Both the position numbers and the translations under genes were made by a program. The notes beneath the pieces were generated by a model that searched no databases, was not told the origin of the DNA, and saw nothing but the letters and a program-made list of their open reading frames with translations. 64,000 bases of DNA from Fibrobacter sp. (GTDB lineage: Bacteria > Fibrobacterota > Fibrobacteria > Fibrobacterales > Fibrobacteraceae), in the NCBI GenBank assembly GCA_045131085.1, contig JBGUQN010000004.1, positions 9,127-73,126 on the forward strand, given 5' to 3'. Shown here one piece after another: positions 27,965-38,269 of this stretch (position 1 is its first letter; every line of letters begins with the position of its first letter).

Positions 27965-29167
27965 TTATTTAACTTGCACCTTCTGTACAGAGCGTTCAGA
28001 CCCTACCTGAACAGACACCATGTAGTTCCCTTGCGGGAGCCTTGACGCATCGAAGCCAAGTTCACCTGCAGAATAGCTATTGCTGAAATCGAGCAACATT
28101 TTGCCCTGCATGCTGAACACCCTTGCAGACACGGTACTGCCGCTCAACTTGACCGGGATAGAAACACGGCCAGCGTTCAAGACGGCCTTGCCGATAACGG
28201 AACCGGCGGCGGAAACGGTACCAATGGCTTCCGTAGAAGACGCTGGGCCCACGACGCTGGAACTAGATTCCGGAACGGATTCGCTAGAGCTGGATTCTTC
28301 GACAGAACTGCTCGACGGAGTCGTCGTAACGGGCTTAAGGTCATCACCCAGGATTTCCATCACCTTTTCGGCATAACGCTTGCCGAAGTCGCGGTAGCCC
28401 TGCGAAGAGAAGTGGATGCGCATCATATCCAGGTCGTTGAGGCCCTCGGCAGAAACGAGGTAGAAGTTCTTGGACTGCTGCGGAAGTTTCCGGATATTGT
28501 TGTTCGTGCCCTTGGAGCTTCCTTGATACGGGACCTCGCCCGCAAAGAACGGAATGTTCTCGTCGAGGCCGATGTCCCTGACCAGACGGTCGTAGACTTT
28601 CTTGACCTTGTTAGGCCAATCGCTGTCGCCCTCGTCGGTTTCGCCCTGGTGGAAGATGATACCCTTGATGACGCCATCTTCCTTGGCCTTCTTGGCCATA
28701 TCCACCAAACGCTGGTACGGATCGCCACCATAATCATTGACGATGTCCTTGAACCAGCCGGCCTGGGTAGACATATAGCCCTGGTCAAGAGGCGAATCGA
28801 ACGCCACGATACTGCAACCCGCGATAGCCACGACAACGACACCAACCTTGATTTGCGGGTCGAGCTTTTCGACAAGCGTGCGTCCGAAGTAATCCGTCGG
28901 GCCAAGACCACCATGATTGTTCGCCAAAGGCGGAATCGCGTCGTTCCACGTGCCCAGCTTCCGTCCCTTGAAATTGTCGATTGTCGAAAGCATCTGGAAA
29001 CGGGGGTCAACCGTCTTATCCTGACTTTCGATAGTACCCTGGCCCTCCATGTTGGACTGGCCAAAGGCGAGATAAATATGGAAATTGGGATCGGGTTCAG
29101 CAAAAGCAGAAGCTGTTGCCATAAGTGCCAACCCAAACAACGGTCCCATTAGGCTCATTTTTTTCAT
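27965..29167 (-). CDS. CE6 acetylxylan esterase (SASA/SGNH) with a Ser linker and C-terminal sorting-type domain
   Basis: Start reassigned to ATG 29167 after GGAGGA; signal peptide; FGQSNMEG, HQGETD, IHF; tail LPQGNYMVSVQVGSERSVQKVQVK. Confidence 0.88.
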   Translation of the reverse strand: MKKMSLMGPLFGLALMATASAFAEPDPNFHIYLAFGQSNMEGQGTIESQDKTVDPRFQMLSTIDNFKGRKLGTWNDAIPPLANNHGGLGPTDYFGRTLVEKLDPQIKVGVVVVAIAGCSIVAFDSPLDQGYMSTQAGWFKDIVNDYGGDPYQRLVDMAKKAKEDGVIKGIIFHQGETDEGDSDWPNKVKKVYDRLVRDIGLDENIPFFAGEVPYQGSSKGTNNNIRKLPQQSKNFYLVSAEGLNDLDMMRIHFSSQGYRDFGKRYAEKVMEILGDDLKPVTTTPSSSSVEESSSSESVPESSSSVVGPASSTEAIGTVSAAGSVIGKAVLNAGRVSIPVKLSGSTVSARVFSMQGKMLLDFSNSYSAGELGFDASRLPQGNYMVSVQVGSERSVQKVQVK

Positions 29168-29280
29168 GATTCCTCCCAAGGTGGACCAAACATATCCCAC
29201 ATGCAACCATAATATACCCCCAAAAGGGGGCATTTTGCACCACGTAAACTTATTTTCATTGTAAAAGAGTGCAACACCAC

Positions 29281-29313
29281 AAAAAAAGGCCCCCGAAGTA
29301 ATTCGGGAAGCCT
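29281..29313 (-). terminator. Intrinsic terminator between the two CE6 genes
   Basis: A-run followed by the imperfect stem GGCCCCCGAA-GTAA-TTCGGGAAGCC. Confidence 0.6.
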
Positions 29314-29331
29314 GATAGCGGTTTTTAAGCC

Positions 29332-30573
29332 CTATTTTACAAAGACCTTCTGCACAGAGTGTTCGGAACCGACCTGGACAGACACCATATAGCTTCCTTG
29401 CGGGAGCCTTGACGCATCGAAGCCGAGCGCACCCATGGAGTAGCTGTTGCTGAAATCGAGCAGCATTTTACCCTGCATGCTGAACACTTTGGCCACTACC
29501 GCATCGCCGTTCACATGGACAGGCACGGACACGCGACCATTGTTGAGGGAAACCTTGCCGATTACAGCAGAAACGCTGGCAGTCTTGGCGATAGCGATTG
29601 TCGAAGAACTGGAAGTGCCAACCTCAGAAGAAGATAAGTGATGGTGATGGCTAGAGCTGGACTGGGCGACAGACGAGCTAGACACAGCACTCGAAGAACT
29701 TTCAGGTTCGGTGCTGGAACTGGAAGCCGTTGCCACGGGGTTAATCTTGTCACCGAGGACCTCGATCATCTTTTCGGCGTAGCGCTTGCCGAAATCGCGA
29801 TATTCCTGCGGGGTGAAGTGGACGTTCTGGCCATCGCCCAGAGCTTGGTTATAGCCTTCGGAAGAAACGACGTAGAAGTTCTTGGACTGCTGCGGGAGCT
29901 TCGCGATGTTCTGGTTCGCACCGGAACTCACACCGCTGCGCAGCACTTCGCCCGCGAGGAACGGGATATCGCTGCCGAGTCCCAGGTCCTTGATGATGTT
30001 GTCGTAGACCTTCTTGACCGCAGAAGGCCACTGGCTGTTGCCGGCGTCGGTTTCACCCTGGTGGAAGATGATGCCCTTGATGACGCCGTCTCCCTGGGCC
30101 TTCTTCGCCATCTCGATCAAGCGGCCATAGGGATTGCCACCATAGTCATTGATGCGCTGGGTCATCCAGCTCTGCTGCGTCCTCGCGTAATTCGCGTAGT
30201 TGTCCTTGTCGAACAGCTGGATACTGCAGCCCGCAACTGCGACCACGATGACACCCACCTTGATCTGGGGATCCGTCTTCTCTACCATAGTACGGCCGAA
30301 GTAGTCCGTAGGTCCGAGCTTAGCCCCCTGACAATGCGCCAGCGGGGGCGTCGCCTTGGACCACTGTCCCTTCGTCTTGCCGGAACAGGAACCGTTATCG
30401 GCAGCCCATAGCACCTGGAAACGTTCGTCAACGGTCCTGTCTTCGTTGCCGATATCGCCCTGACCTTCCATGTTGGACTGGCCGAAAGCGAGATAGATGT
30501 GGAAGTTTGGATCCGGGGCCGCATATACGGCCGATGCGGCACAAGCCGCCAAGATCAATTTTCTGATTGTCAT
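29332..30573 (-). CDS. CE6 acetylxylan esterase paralogue with a C-terminal sorting-type domain
   Basis: Start reassigned to ATG 30573 after GGAG; FGQSNMEG, HQGETD, VHF; near-identical tail to the neighbouring gene. Confidence 0.88.
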   Translation of the reverse strand: MTIRKLILAACAASAVYAAPDPNFHIYLAFGQSNMEGQGDIGNEDRTVDERFQVLWAADNGSCSGKTKGQWSKATPPLAHCQGAKLGPTDYFGRTMVEKTDPQIKVGVIVVAVAGCSIQLFDKDNYANYARTQQSWMTQRINDYGGNPYGRLIEMAKKAQGDGVIKGIIFHQGETDAGNSQWPSAVKKVYDNIIKDLGLGSDIPFLAGEVLRSGVSSGANQNIAKLPQQSKNFYVVSSEGYNQALGDGQNVHFTPQEYRDFGKRYAEKMIEVLGDKINPVATASSSSTEPESSSSAVSSSSVAQSSSSHHHHLSSSEVGTSSSSTIAIAKTASVSAVIGKVSLNNGRVSVPVHVNGDAVVAKVFSMQGKMLLDFSNSYSMGALGFDASRLPQGSYMVSVQVGSEHSVQKVFVK

Positions 30574-30728
30574 TTTATTCACTCCATAATCAACCGCAGA
30601 ACTAACCCAATCCTGCTTGTTTGTTAATATAGATAATTTTTTTCGATTTTTACTGATTTTTCTCAGTCTACTGTACCGCAAAAACAAACATTTATTTATA
30701 TTCCCAATGTAATTACCGGAGGAATCCA

Positions 30729-31238
30729 ATGAAAAAGATTATTTTGATGACTATCGCCGCCGCCAGCATTTGCCTTCTCTCTGCCTGCGGCAGCGAAGAA
30801 TCCAAGCCTTCCCGCGCCGAAATGTGCGCCAAGGGCCTGAACGAGGACTGCCTTGTCGGCAAATGGAATCTGCAGACCATCCAGTCGAAGGACGGCAACC
30901 AAATAGTCACCGACTTTTCATCCAACCCGAGCACGCTCGAATTCACGGACGACGGCAAGTTCCATTTCGTGTACACTACGGACGCAAGTCTTTCCGAAAT
31001 GGCAGCCAACGGCTGTGGCGGCACAAGCAACTATGGCACCTGGACCATTACCGGCAACCTGCTCAAGATCAAGATTGGTCGTACAGACTGCCTGGTAACC
31101 GGCCAAAGCTACGACATTATGCCGACAATTACCGACCGTAACCTGAACTTCAACACGACCCTTTTCCACGCCAACGACATGACCGACCAGTTGACCAAGG
31201 ACCTTGCGGCCGAATTCTACGTTCGCGTGGGCGAATAA
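30729..31238 (+). CDS. Lipocalin-like lipoprotein
   Basis: Lipobox LSAC; LVGKW.L, LEFTDDGKF, GTWTITGN.L pattern; RBS GGAGG. Confidence 0.65.
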   Translation: MKKIILMTIAAASICLLSACGSEESKPSRAEMCAKGLNEDCLVGKWNLQTIQSKDGNQIVTDFSSNPSTLEFTDDGKFHFVYTTDASLSEMAANGCGGTSNYGTWTITGNLLKIKIGRTDCLVTGQSYDIMPTITDRNLNFNTTLFHANDMTDQLTKDLAAEFYVRVGE

Positions 31239-31251
31239 TCAAAGCAACCCG

Positions 31252-33225
31252 TCAACTTGACTGGCGCTTCCAGCGAACGCTTTCGTATTCGTCAAAAACT
31301 TCCAGGGCACGATGCAACCGCATCTGCCCTTTTTTCGTTTTGGGCGTGAACGAGCGGCACCGGCCAGCGAACGCAGCAACCGTTTCACCGGGAAGGCGAC
31401 ACAGGCCAAGCGGCACCAGCGATTTTTCTGCAATATCTAGTTTGCGGACCAAGAGCCTAAGGGAGCGCGCATAACCGGGACGTTCTCTACGGCGATACGC
31501 CCTCACGAGCAAGATTCCGAGAATGGCCACCGCTATAAGCGCAAGGAATGCATAGAAGGCAGGGCTCGAGAACACGTTGCGACCAGTGTCTTGCCATGCG
31601 CTCAAGGCAATCCTCCAATCGCCATCCTTGATTATATGGAACAGCCGCGCCGTACGCCCGCGGAAGGCCTCCCACTTCTGCCCAAACCAGGAGGGGCGTT
31701 CCACCTTCACCACGAACAGCGGAGGCGTCGGATCAAACGTTGCCCAGGTTCCCATGTTACGCATTTCTACCCATGCATGCGACGAGTTGCGGCGGAATAT
31801 GGCGTACGGGCGCCCCGGCTCAACTTCCGGGCGGGCAAAACCCGTCACATAACGCGCCTTGATCCCAGCGCGGCGCAACAGGAGTACAGACAACGTTGCA
31901 TAATACTCGCAATAGCCGGAGCGGGTCGTCCAGAATACACGCAACGGGTCAGATTTCGCTCCCAATATGGAAACATCCACCCTGGATTCGTCTACGCGCA
32001 GGGAATAGGCAAAATGGTGCAAGAAGTAATCGCTTATTGCGCGAGAGTATCTATACGGTCTTAATATAGCCGGATTGTCGGGAATCGTATCGAGTCCCAT
32101 TTCCATCGCGACCGTATCGAGGAAGCCTGTAAGAGGCGCAAAGACATGCAGGTACGAACTATCCGGCGTATCATCATAATACGTACCCGCGACGTACGGC
32201 CCCGTGGGGCCGCTCGGCAACGGCATATAGTAGAACCAGTCGCCACGGCGAGTTTCACCCTGCTTGAATATATTCGACCTGAAATATTCCACGGAATCCG
32301 CATTCTTCATAGCAACCGCAACGGCATCGTAGGGGGCGAAAATAAATCCGAAATTATCAATCGTAGACTGCACCCACACCGGGCGCGTACTATCGGCAGA
32401 CGACACGGAATCGCGGGTTTCGAACACGGCGTAATCCACCTTGTAGCGGGCCGAATAAAGCATGCGGTCGTGATGTGCCGGGAGTTTCCAGATGCCGCCC
32501 ACGTATTTTTCGTACACGGCAGCACGCATGTATGTCGGAGCGAGCGTGTCCCATACGCGCAGAACAACCTCGCGATTGTACTTGCCCGCAAAGTTAGATT
32601 CGAACGACCCGAGCTTTACCACAGGGTCAAAACCCATCAAGTGGCGTTTGGCATAATAGTCCGCCGCACGCCCGCTGCGATAGCCTTGACTGCGCCAGTA
32701 GTTGAGTCCGGCAAACGATATGGCGGTAAAACACGCCAACAGCAAAAGAAACAGCACGTGTTTCCACCACCGCACATGCGGCCTTCCGTAGGCATGCACC
32801 AGAAGTATGAGCGCCACCAAATTCAGCACGACCCCCACACGGTGTGCTTCGTAGCAACTCAACAGCAATAACGCAAGCCCATTGAACAACACAAAGACAT
32901 CGTAACCGCCGTTCCCGCGACACATACGCTGGTAAAAAGCAAGGAACATAAAGAAATACGCCGGGATGTAAACCAAAAAGGGCGACACCCCGTATTCGTA
33001 TTCTGGGCTAAGTACCCAGACAACAGCAGCAACGCCAAGCACCGCATAGACCACGGACTTTCTGTATTTATACGGGCCTACATGCTGTTCAACAAAATGC
33101 AGGGCAATAAAAGCAAGCGCCCCCATAACGGCAAGCAAGACCGAGCCCACAGAAAGCCCCAGATTCGCACTTGCCACCGCAAGCATGAACGTCTGGGCGA
33201 TATCACGGAAGGAGTGTTTCCTCAT
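31252..33225 (-). CDS. Membrane-anchored transglutaminase-like protein (TgpA type)
   Basis: N-terminal transmembrane helices; GYCEYYA, ARYVTGF, HAWVE, FDPTP (Cys-His-Asp triad). Confidence 0.88.
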   Translation of the reverse strand: MRKHSFRDIAQTFMLAVASANLGLSVGSVLLAVMGALAFIALHFVEQHVGPYKYRKSVVYAVLGVAAVVWVLSPEYEYGVSPFLVYIPAYFFMFLAFYQRMCRGNGGYDVFVLFNGLALLLLSCYEAHRVGVVLNLVALILLVHAYGRPHVRWWKHVLFLLLLACFTAISFAGLNYWRSQGYRSGRAADYYAKRHLMGFDPVVKLGSFESNFAGKYNREVVLRVWDTLAPTYMRAAVYEKYVGGIWKLPAHHDRMLYSARYKVDYAVFETRDSVSSADSTRPVWVQSTIDNFGFIFAPYDAVAVAMKNADSVEYFRSNIFKQGETRRGDWFYYMPLPSGPTGPYVAGTYYDDTPDSSYLHVFAPLTGFLDTVAMEMGLDTIPDNPAILRPYRYSRAISDYFLHHFAYSLRVDESRVDVSILGAKSDPLRVFWTTRSGYCEYYATLSVLLLRRAGIKARYVTGFARPEVEPGRPYAIFRRNSSHAWVEMRNMGTWATFDPTPPLFVVKVERPSWFGQKWEAFRGRTARLFHIIKDGDWRIALSAWQDTGRNVFSSPAFYAFLALIAVAILGILLVRAYRRRERPGYARSLRLLVRKLDIAEKSLVPLGLCRLPGETVAAFAGRCRSFTPKTKKGQMRLHRALEVFDEYESVRWKRQSS

Positions 33226-34457
33226 AGCGAGACTCCTTCCCCATCGAGGGCTTCTACAGGAACAAACAACGTATCATCTTGCGCATCAGGCGCACTGCTG
33301 CAAACAACCACATGCTTGTTCACCAGCGGTTCGCTTGCTACGTGCAGGCCAAGGCGAAGCACCGGCCCCATCGGGCGCGCCGCGGGCGACCAAGTTTTAC
33401 CCGCAGGCAATTTTGTAGACGAGCCTCGCGCCCACCTTTCGAAAGCTTCTGCACGCGGGATGCGGGCAAGCGCCTCGAGAACAGCCGGCATCATGTTCCC
33501 CGGCGGGAGCGACACCTCATCGTCGTTCACGAAGAAGCGCCCGAGGATACCGCGATCTACAAGCCAATGCGAAACGCCGGCGGCAAGCCGGATTAAACTT
33601 TCTTGCAGGGACTTTTCGCGAAGGCCGTTTGCATTCACGTCCAGCAAAAGCACGACGCCTGCGCCGCGTTCTGTTTCGAATTCCTTCGTGAACGGCTTGC
33701 CATAGCGGGCATATGCCCTGTGGTGAAGGTCTCGCAGGGAATCGCCTTCGCGATACTCGCGTACGCCCGCAAAATCGAGTCCGCGCACAAATCCCGACAT
33801 CAGGAGCGGCGCAAACACCTGCCCGCTTGCGCCCGAAGTAAGGAACCGGAAAGCGAGTATCCTCAAGACCCGCGGGTACACGAGAAGTTCTACCTCGCCC
33901 GCAGGGAAAGGATACCGGAGCATTCCCTTGATTTCTGGTACCGCAAGGGCCACCTTCGGGATTTTATACGCCCCGCGGAACCGGGTTGCAACACCGCATT
34001 CCAGCACGCCGTTCGCCCCCGCAGGGAGCGATTCTAATGCCGGCGATTCTATGCATTCTAGCGAAGGGTCCATGCGCATGCACAACAGGCTTACGGAATC
34101 TACCGGGTTTACCGCCTGGAAACGCACGGAGAGAAGCGCCTTTTCACCCTCGGTCGCATGGCGCACTTCGATGGCATGTATCAAAAACTTCGTCTTCCTC
34201 GCCGTCATAAACAGCGAAGGCACAAGTGCAAGCATGAACAGGAATATAAAGCCCGAAAGCACCCATGCCGCCCAGAACCCGGCAATTGCACCGCAGGCTA
34301 TCGAAAACGGAAACAACGCCGCACACACATGGCCTGCATAGGTAAAGCATTCGTTCCACAAGTAATAAATGCGCATCAGGAGCCCCGCACGCCTAGGGGC
34401 GCGGGGTATCGCATTCATAAGCCATAAAAGGAACCGAGCCATAGCCTGAAAATGCAT
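33222..34457 (-). CDS. DUF58 domain protein
   Basis: RG.Y, LLVYPR, DFAGVREYREGDSLRDLH, KEFE; lies between moxR and the transglutaminase gene. Confidence 0.88.
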   Translation of the reverse strand: MHFQAMARFLLWLMNAIPRAPRRAGLLMRIYYLWNECFTYAGHVCAALFPFSIACGAIAGFWAAWVLSGFIFLFMLALVPSLFMTARKTKFLIHAIEVRHATEGEKALLSVRFQAVNPVDSVSLLCMRMDPSLECIESPALESLPAGANGVLECGVATRFRGAYKIPKVALAVPEIKGMLRYPFPAGEVELLVYPRVLRILAFRFLTSGASGQVFAPLLMSGFVRGLDFAGVREYREGDSLRDLHHRAYARYGKPFTKEFETERGAGVVLLLDVNANGLREKSLQESLIRLAAGVSHWLVDRGILGRFFVNDDEVSLPPGNMMPAVLEALARIPRAEAFERWARGSSTKLPAGKTWSPAARPMGPVLRLGLHVASEPLVNKHVVVCSSAPDAQDDTLFVPVEALDGEGVSL

Positions 34458-34485
34458 GCAGGTTTACGCAGGAGAGCGAAGTGCC

Positions 34486-35394
34486 CTATTTCGGGATTTT
34501 CACTTCACGCAAAATGCCTTCAAGTATCCGCCGGCTTGCGCCGACGCCCGCATCCTTTGCGAACACACGGTGTTCCATCACCGGGAAAAACACCTTCTGG
34601 ATGTCGTCCGGGTTCACGAAGTCCCTGCCAGCGACAAACGCGCTCGCCTGCGCCATCTTAATAAGGTTTATGCCTGCACGCGGACTCGCCGCCAGCCTCA
34701 CTCCGGCATCTGCACGCGTCGCCTGCACTAGCGAAACCGCATAGCGTTCGAGGGCTTCGTCCACATGGATTTTGCGCACGCTGTCGCGGGCTGCAAGAAT
34801 TTCGTCGACACTCGTTACCGCGGTCACGTGGTCCAGAGGCTTGCCTTCACGGTGACTGCGCAAGATTTCAAGTTCAGTATCGAGCGTAGGGTACCCGAGC
34901 GAAATACGCACCATGAAGCGGTCCATCTGCGCTTCGGGCAGCGGGAACACTCCATGGAACTCTACCGGGTTCTCGGTCGCAAGCACCATGAAAAGTTTCG
35001 GGAGCACGTGGCGCTCGCCTTCCAGGCTCACCTGGCGTTCTTCCATCGCTTCGAGCAGGGCGCTCTGCGTGCGTGGCGACGCACGGTTGATTTCGTCCGC
35101 CAAGAGCACCTGCGTGAACACAGGCCCCTTCCGGATTTCAAAGTCACCGGTATTCGCCTTGAAAACCGCCCCACCGGTCACATCGGCAGGCAGCAAGTCG
35201 GGCGTAAATTGTATGCGGGCGAAATCAGCGCCGATGGCTGCCGCAAGCGCTTTCGCGAGCGTCGTCTTGCCTGTCCCGGGCACATCCTCAATAAGCACAT
35301 GGCCATCGGCGAGGAGCGCCATCACGAGCATTTCTACAGATTCATGCTTGCCAAGCAGCACAGAATCAAGTGTATCAAGGAGTCTTTTTATCAT
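34486..35394 (-). CDS. moxR: MoxR-family AAA+ ATPase
   Basis: GHVLIEDVPGTGKT, RIQFTPDLLPADVTG, LADEINRASPRTQSALLEAM, LPEAQMDRF, SPRA. Confidence 0.93.
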   Translation of the reverse strand: MIKRLLDTLDSVLLGKHESVEMLVMALLADGHVLIEDVPGTGKTTLAKALAAAIGADFARIQFTPDLLPADVTGGAVFKANTGDFEIRKGPVFTQVLLADEINRASPRTQSALLEAMEERQVSLEGERHVLPKLFMVLATENPVEFHGVFPLPEAQMDRFMVRISLGYPTLDTELEILRSHREGKPLDHVTAVTSVDEILAARDSVRKIHVDEALERYAVSLVQATRADAGVRLAASPRAGINLIKMAQASAFVAGRDFVNPDDIQKVFFPVMEHRVFAKDAGVGASRRILEGILREVKIPK

Positions 35395-35415
35395 AGTTTC
35401 CCGGGGTTGATTGTA

Positions 35416-36960
35416 CTAGCCCTGACTTTCGGTGTATTCGCCACCGAAAGCGCTCCCGCTCACCGAGAGGATAGGCGGGAACTGGATGCGTTTTGCAAGC
35501 GCAAGCCCGCGGAAACGCCTGTGCCATGCACGCATGTCTTCGAGCGCTTCGGCCTTGTTCTTGAAAAGTTTCTTGAAGTACTTCGTATCGGCACCGATGA
35601 CCTTGCAGAGCGTTCCATTTTCAAGGAGTTGTTCTGTTTCGTCCAGGCCATGGTTCTCGTCTACCCAGTAGGCAAAAAGCTTGTCGTGGTACGGGTACTT
35701 GATCGGGTCGCCCTTGCCTTCGTCAACGTTCATCGCCTCGCTGAGTTCTGCACTCGCCGGCACATCGATGGATGCCTTCGGGATAATTTCTTTTTTGCGG
35801 TTGATGTAACGGGCCAGTTCGTACACCTGCGTTTTCCACAGGTCACCAAGTGCGCACATCACGCCGCAGGTATCGCCGTAGAGAGTGCAGTAGCCGGCAG
35901 TAGCCTCGCTCTTGTTGCCGTTGCAGGTAATGCCAGCACCGAGCACGGATGCAATCGAAAGCAGCACAGAAGAAGAACGTGTGCGCGCCTGCAGGTTCTC
36001 GTAAGCCAGCCCTTCGATATTGATTTTCTTGTCGCTGCGTTCGAACTTGCACTTGGAGAGGCTCCCGCGTACGGCATCGAGCATGTCAGAAATCGGAGCG
36101 ACCATGTAGGGCGTCTTCAGGTTCTTCGCGAGGTCGCGGGCCGCATTCTTCGTAGTATCGGAATTGAAGCGCGTCGGCATGTTCACGAGGTACACGTTCT
36201 TCGCGCCAATCGCCTCCACGTACAAGGCCGCCGAAACGGCGCTATCGATACCGCCGCTCGCACCGATGACCATGCGTTCGATATGGAACTTCTTCAGGTT
36301 CTCGCGAATCATGTACACGAGCGCATCATGGAGCTGTGCAATCGGCTCGGCAGGCTTCACGGACTTCTCGCCCGAAATAAACTTCACGCGACCCTTCGTA
36401 ATATCCAACAAGGCCTCGCATTCGCGGAACTGCGGCATACGGTAAACAATCTTCCCCGTTTTGTCGTACACGCGGCAACCGCCATCGAGCGCGTAGATGT
36501 TCTTGCTGGAATTTTCCGTCCCGACGGCGCCCATGTAGACAATCGCCTTCTTGTTTTCCTTCACGAAATCCGTGCAGAACTCGTCGACGTATTCTTCCTT
36601 GACAATCGAGAACTCCTGGTAATCCGAAACGACCTCAAAATCGTTTTTCCAGTCATCGGCACAGCCATTTACATAATGGTTGTACATGAATTCTTCGAGC
36701 ATCGCACTCGTGCCTGCAAGGATCTCGATACCCTTCGATATTTTTTCGAGTTCCACTTCCGCATCGCGGCACCTTATCTGGAAGCCGATTTCGTCTTGTC
36801 TGGAGCCGAGCCTGCTGAAATCGCCGGATACCGAAAACTCTGGGAACAGCACCACCTCGGCACCCGCCTTCTTGGCGCGGGCAACGGCAGCCTTCATCTT
36901 CTTGAGATTTTCTTCCGGACATCCCGGCAAGACTTCCATTTGAACCAAATAAACTTTCAT
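35416..36960 (-). CDS. nadE: NAD+ synthetase with a shortened N-terminal nitrilase-like domain
   Basis: SGGIDS, ENLQARTR, NKSE..GYCTLYGD, DLWKTQVY, SAEL; N-terminal Q..N...LFPE. Confidence 0.9.
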   Translation of the reverse strand: MKVYLVQMEVLPGCPEENLKKMKAAVARAKKAGAEVVLFPEFSVSGDFSRLGSRQDEIGFQIRCRDAEVELEKISKGIEILAGTSAMLEEFMYNHYVNGCADDWKNDFEVVSDYQEFSIVKEEYVDEFCTDFVKENKKAIVYMGAVGTENSSKNIYALDGGCRVYDKTGKIVYRMPQFRECEALLDITKGRVKFISGEKSVKPAEPIAQLHDALVYMIRENLKKFHIERMVIGASGGIDSAVSAALYVEAIGAKNVYLVNMPTRFNSDTTKNAARDLAKNLKTPYMVAPISDMLDAVRGSLSKCKFERSDKKINIEGLAYENLQARTRSSSVLLSIASVLGAGITCNGNKSEATAGYCTLYGDTCGVMCALGDLWKTQVYELARYINRKKEIIPKASIDVPASAELSEAMNVDEGKGDPIKYPYHDKLFAYWVDENHGLDETEQLLENGTLCKVIGADTKYFKKLFKNKAEALEDMRAWHRRFRGLALAKRIQFPPILSVSGSAFGGEYTESQG

Positions 36961-37045
36961 AAAAACCTCTCAATAACTTAAACATAAAAAACGCTGCAGG
37001 CACCGAACCCACAACGTTTTTAAAAATCAGGTATGTCTAGCCATG

Positions 37046-38200
37046 TTACTCATACATGGGCACTTCCCATTGCGTCGGGATATTCGGCTCGTCCTTGTCG
37101 GAATGCGCATACTTGAATCCCTTCTTCGGGTCGAATTTAGTGACCTTGCCCTTGACCGCTGTAGTGCAGCCCTTGTGCAGGCAGCCAGTGACCTTGAGCA
37201 TGAGGTTGTCCCCATACACGTCCCAGATACCCTTCTTCAGTTCTACACCTTCGGAGCCCTTGTAGGCCTTCAGTTCGAAACTAGTATCGTCACCGAGTGT
37301 GAACGTCCAATCGACACCGTCAACCGAGGCGTCCCATTCCTGAGCCAACTTACTCTCAGAAATCTTCCCGTATTCCAGTTCCGACATGTCGCAAGTGAGG
37401 GACTTGCCCGTAGTAAATTCAATACCGAAATCCTTGTTCACCGTAGCTGTAAACAGCGAGTAAATGCGGGCCGTGTAGAACAGCGGGCGCATCAACAGCT
37501 TACCGCGATGAATATCGTAGTAACCGGCAGACCAGCCGCCGTCTTCGCCGGATTCGTTTTCGACAATGTAACGGCCATCATAGAAGTAATAGGTCTCTTC
37601 TGCACCATCGCCATCCGTGCATTCGAGTTTCTTGGAGGCAAGGCTATCGCCCTTCGAAATGATGCCTGAAGAAGTCTTGACCGTCGTAGACTTCACATCC
37701 TTGTACTTCTTGCCATCGAGCGTATACTGCAGCTGGTCATCTTCGTTCACGATAAACCGGATAGTCCTGGTAGAATTCTCGGCGGCAAGTGCCTGCACGG
37801 AATCCGTAACGCCCTTAATATTGATGGTCGCAGCAGATGCGAGCGAGAAGTCAATGACGCCATCTTCGAAATCAGAAGGAGCGGCAATCCATGCCGTATC
37901 GGGGACCCAGATGGAGAAGAGCCCGAGCTTCGTTCCCGTAGCGAGGTAAGCCTTGGTGCCGAAGAAATCGGTAAGTTCCATGTTCCTTTCCAGGTCGTCG
38001 AGCGTTGCCGCACGGGCACCTTCAGGAATATCTTCGGAAACAGACGAAGACGATTCGGCACCCTTGGAAGAAGAAGACTTCGTGGAGTGGCCACCAGAAG
38101 AAAGAATGTCGTCAGAATCGGTGGGCGACTTGCTATCGCCACAGGCACCGAGAGTAAGCGCGAGAGCCGCGCAACCGGCAAGAGTCAATAAACGTTTCAT
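37046..38200 (-). CDS. Hypothetical lipoprotein (Ser linker, beta-rich repeats)
   Basis: Start reassigned to ATG 38200 after AAGGA; lipobox LGAC. Confidence 0.75.
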   Translation of the reverse strand: MKRLLTLAGCAALALTLGACGDSKSPTDSDDILSSGGHSTKSSSSKGAESSSSVSEDIPEGARAATLDDLERNMELTDFFGTKAYLATGTKLGLFSIWVPDTAWIAAPSDFEDGVIDFSLASAATINIKGVTDSVQALAAENSTRTIRFIVNEDDQLQYTLDGKKYKDVKSTTVKTSSGIISKGDSLASKKLECTDGDGAEETYYFYDGRYIVENESGEDGGWSAGYYDIHRGKLLMRPLFYTARIYSLFTATVNKDFGIEFTTGKSLTCDMSELEYGKISESKLAQEWDASVDGVDWTFTLGDDTSFELKAYKGSEGVELKKGIWDVYGDNLMLKVTGCLHKGCTTAVKGKVTKFDPKKGFKYAHSDKDEPNIPTQWEVPMYE

Positions 38201-38269
38201 AACTAGTCCTTTTTTAAGGGAATATAATTCCTTTCTACGCAAAAAACTACGAAAAAAGCAAAAAAACGA

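Noticed and set aside
31252-35394. moxR-DUF58-transglutaminase trio as a novel system
   Set aside because: This is a widespread, already described gene arrangement.
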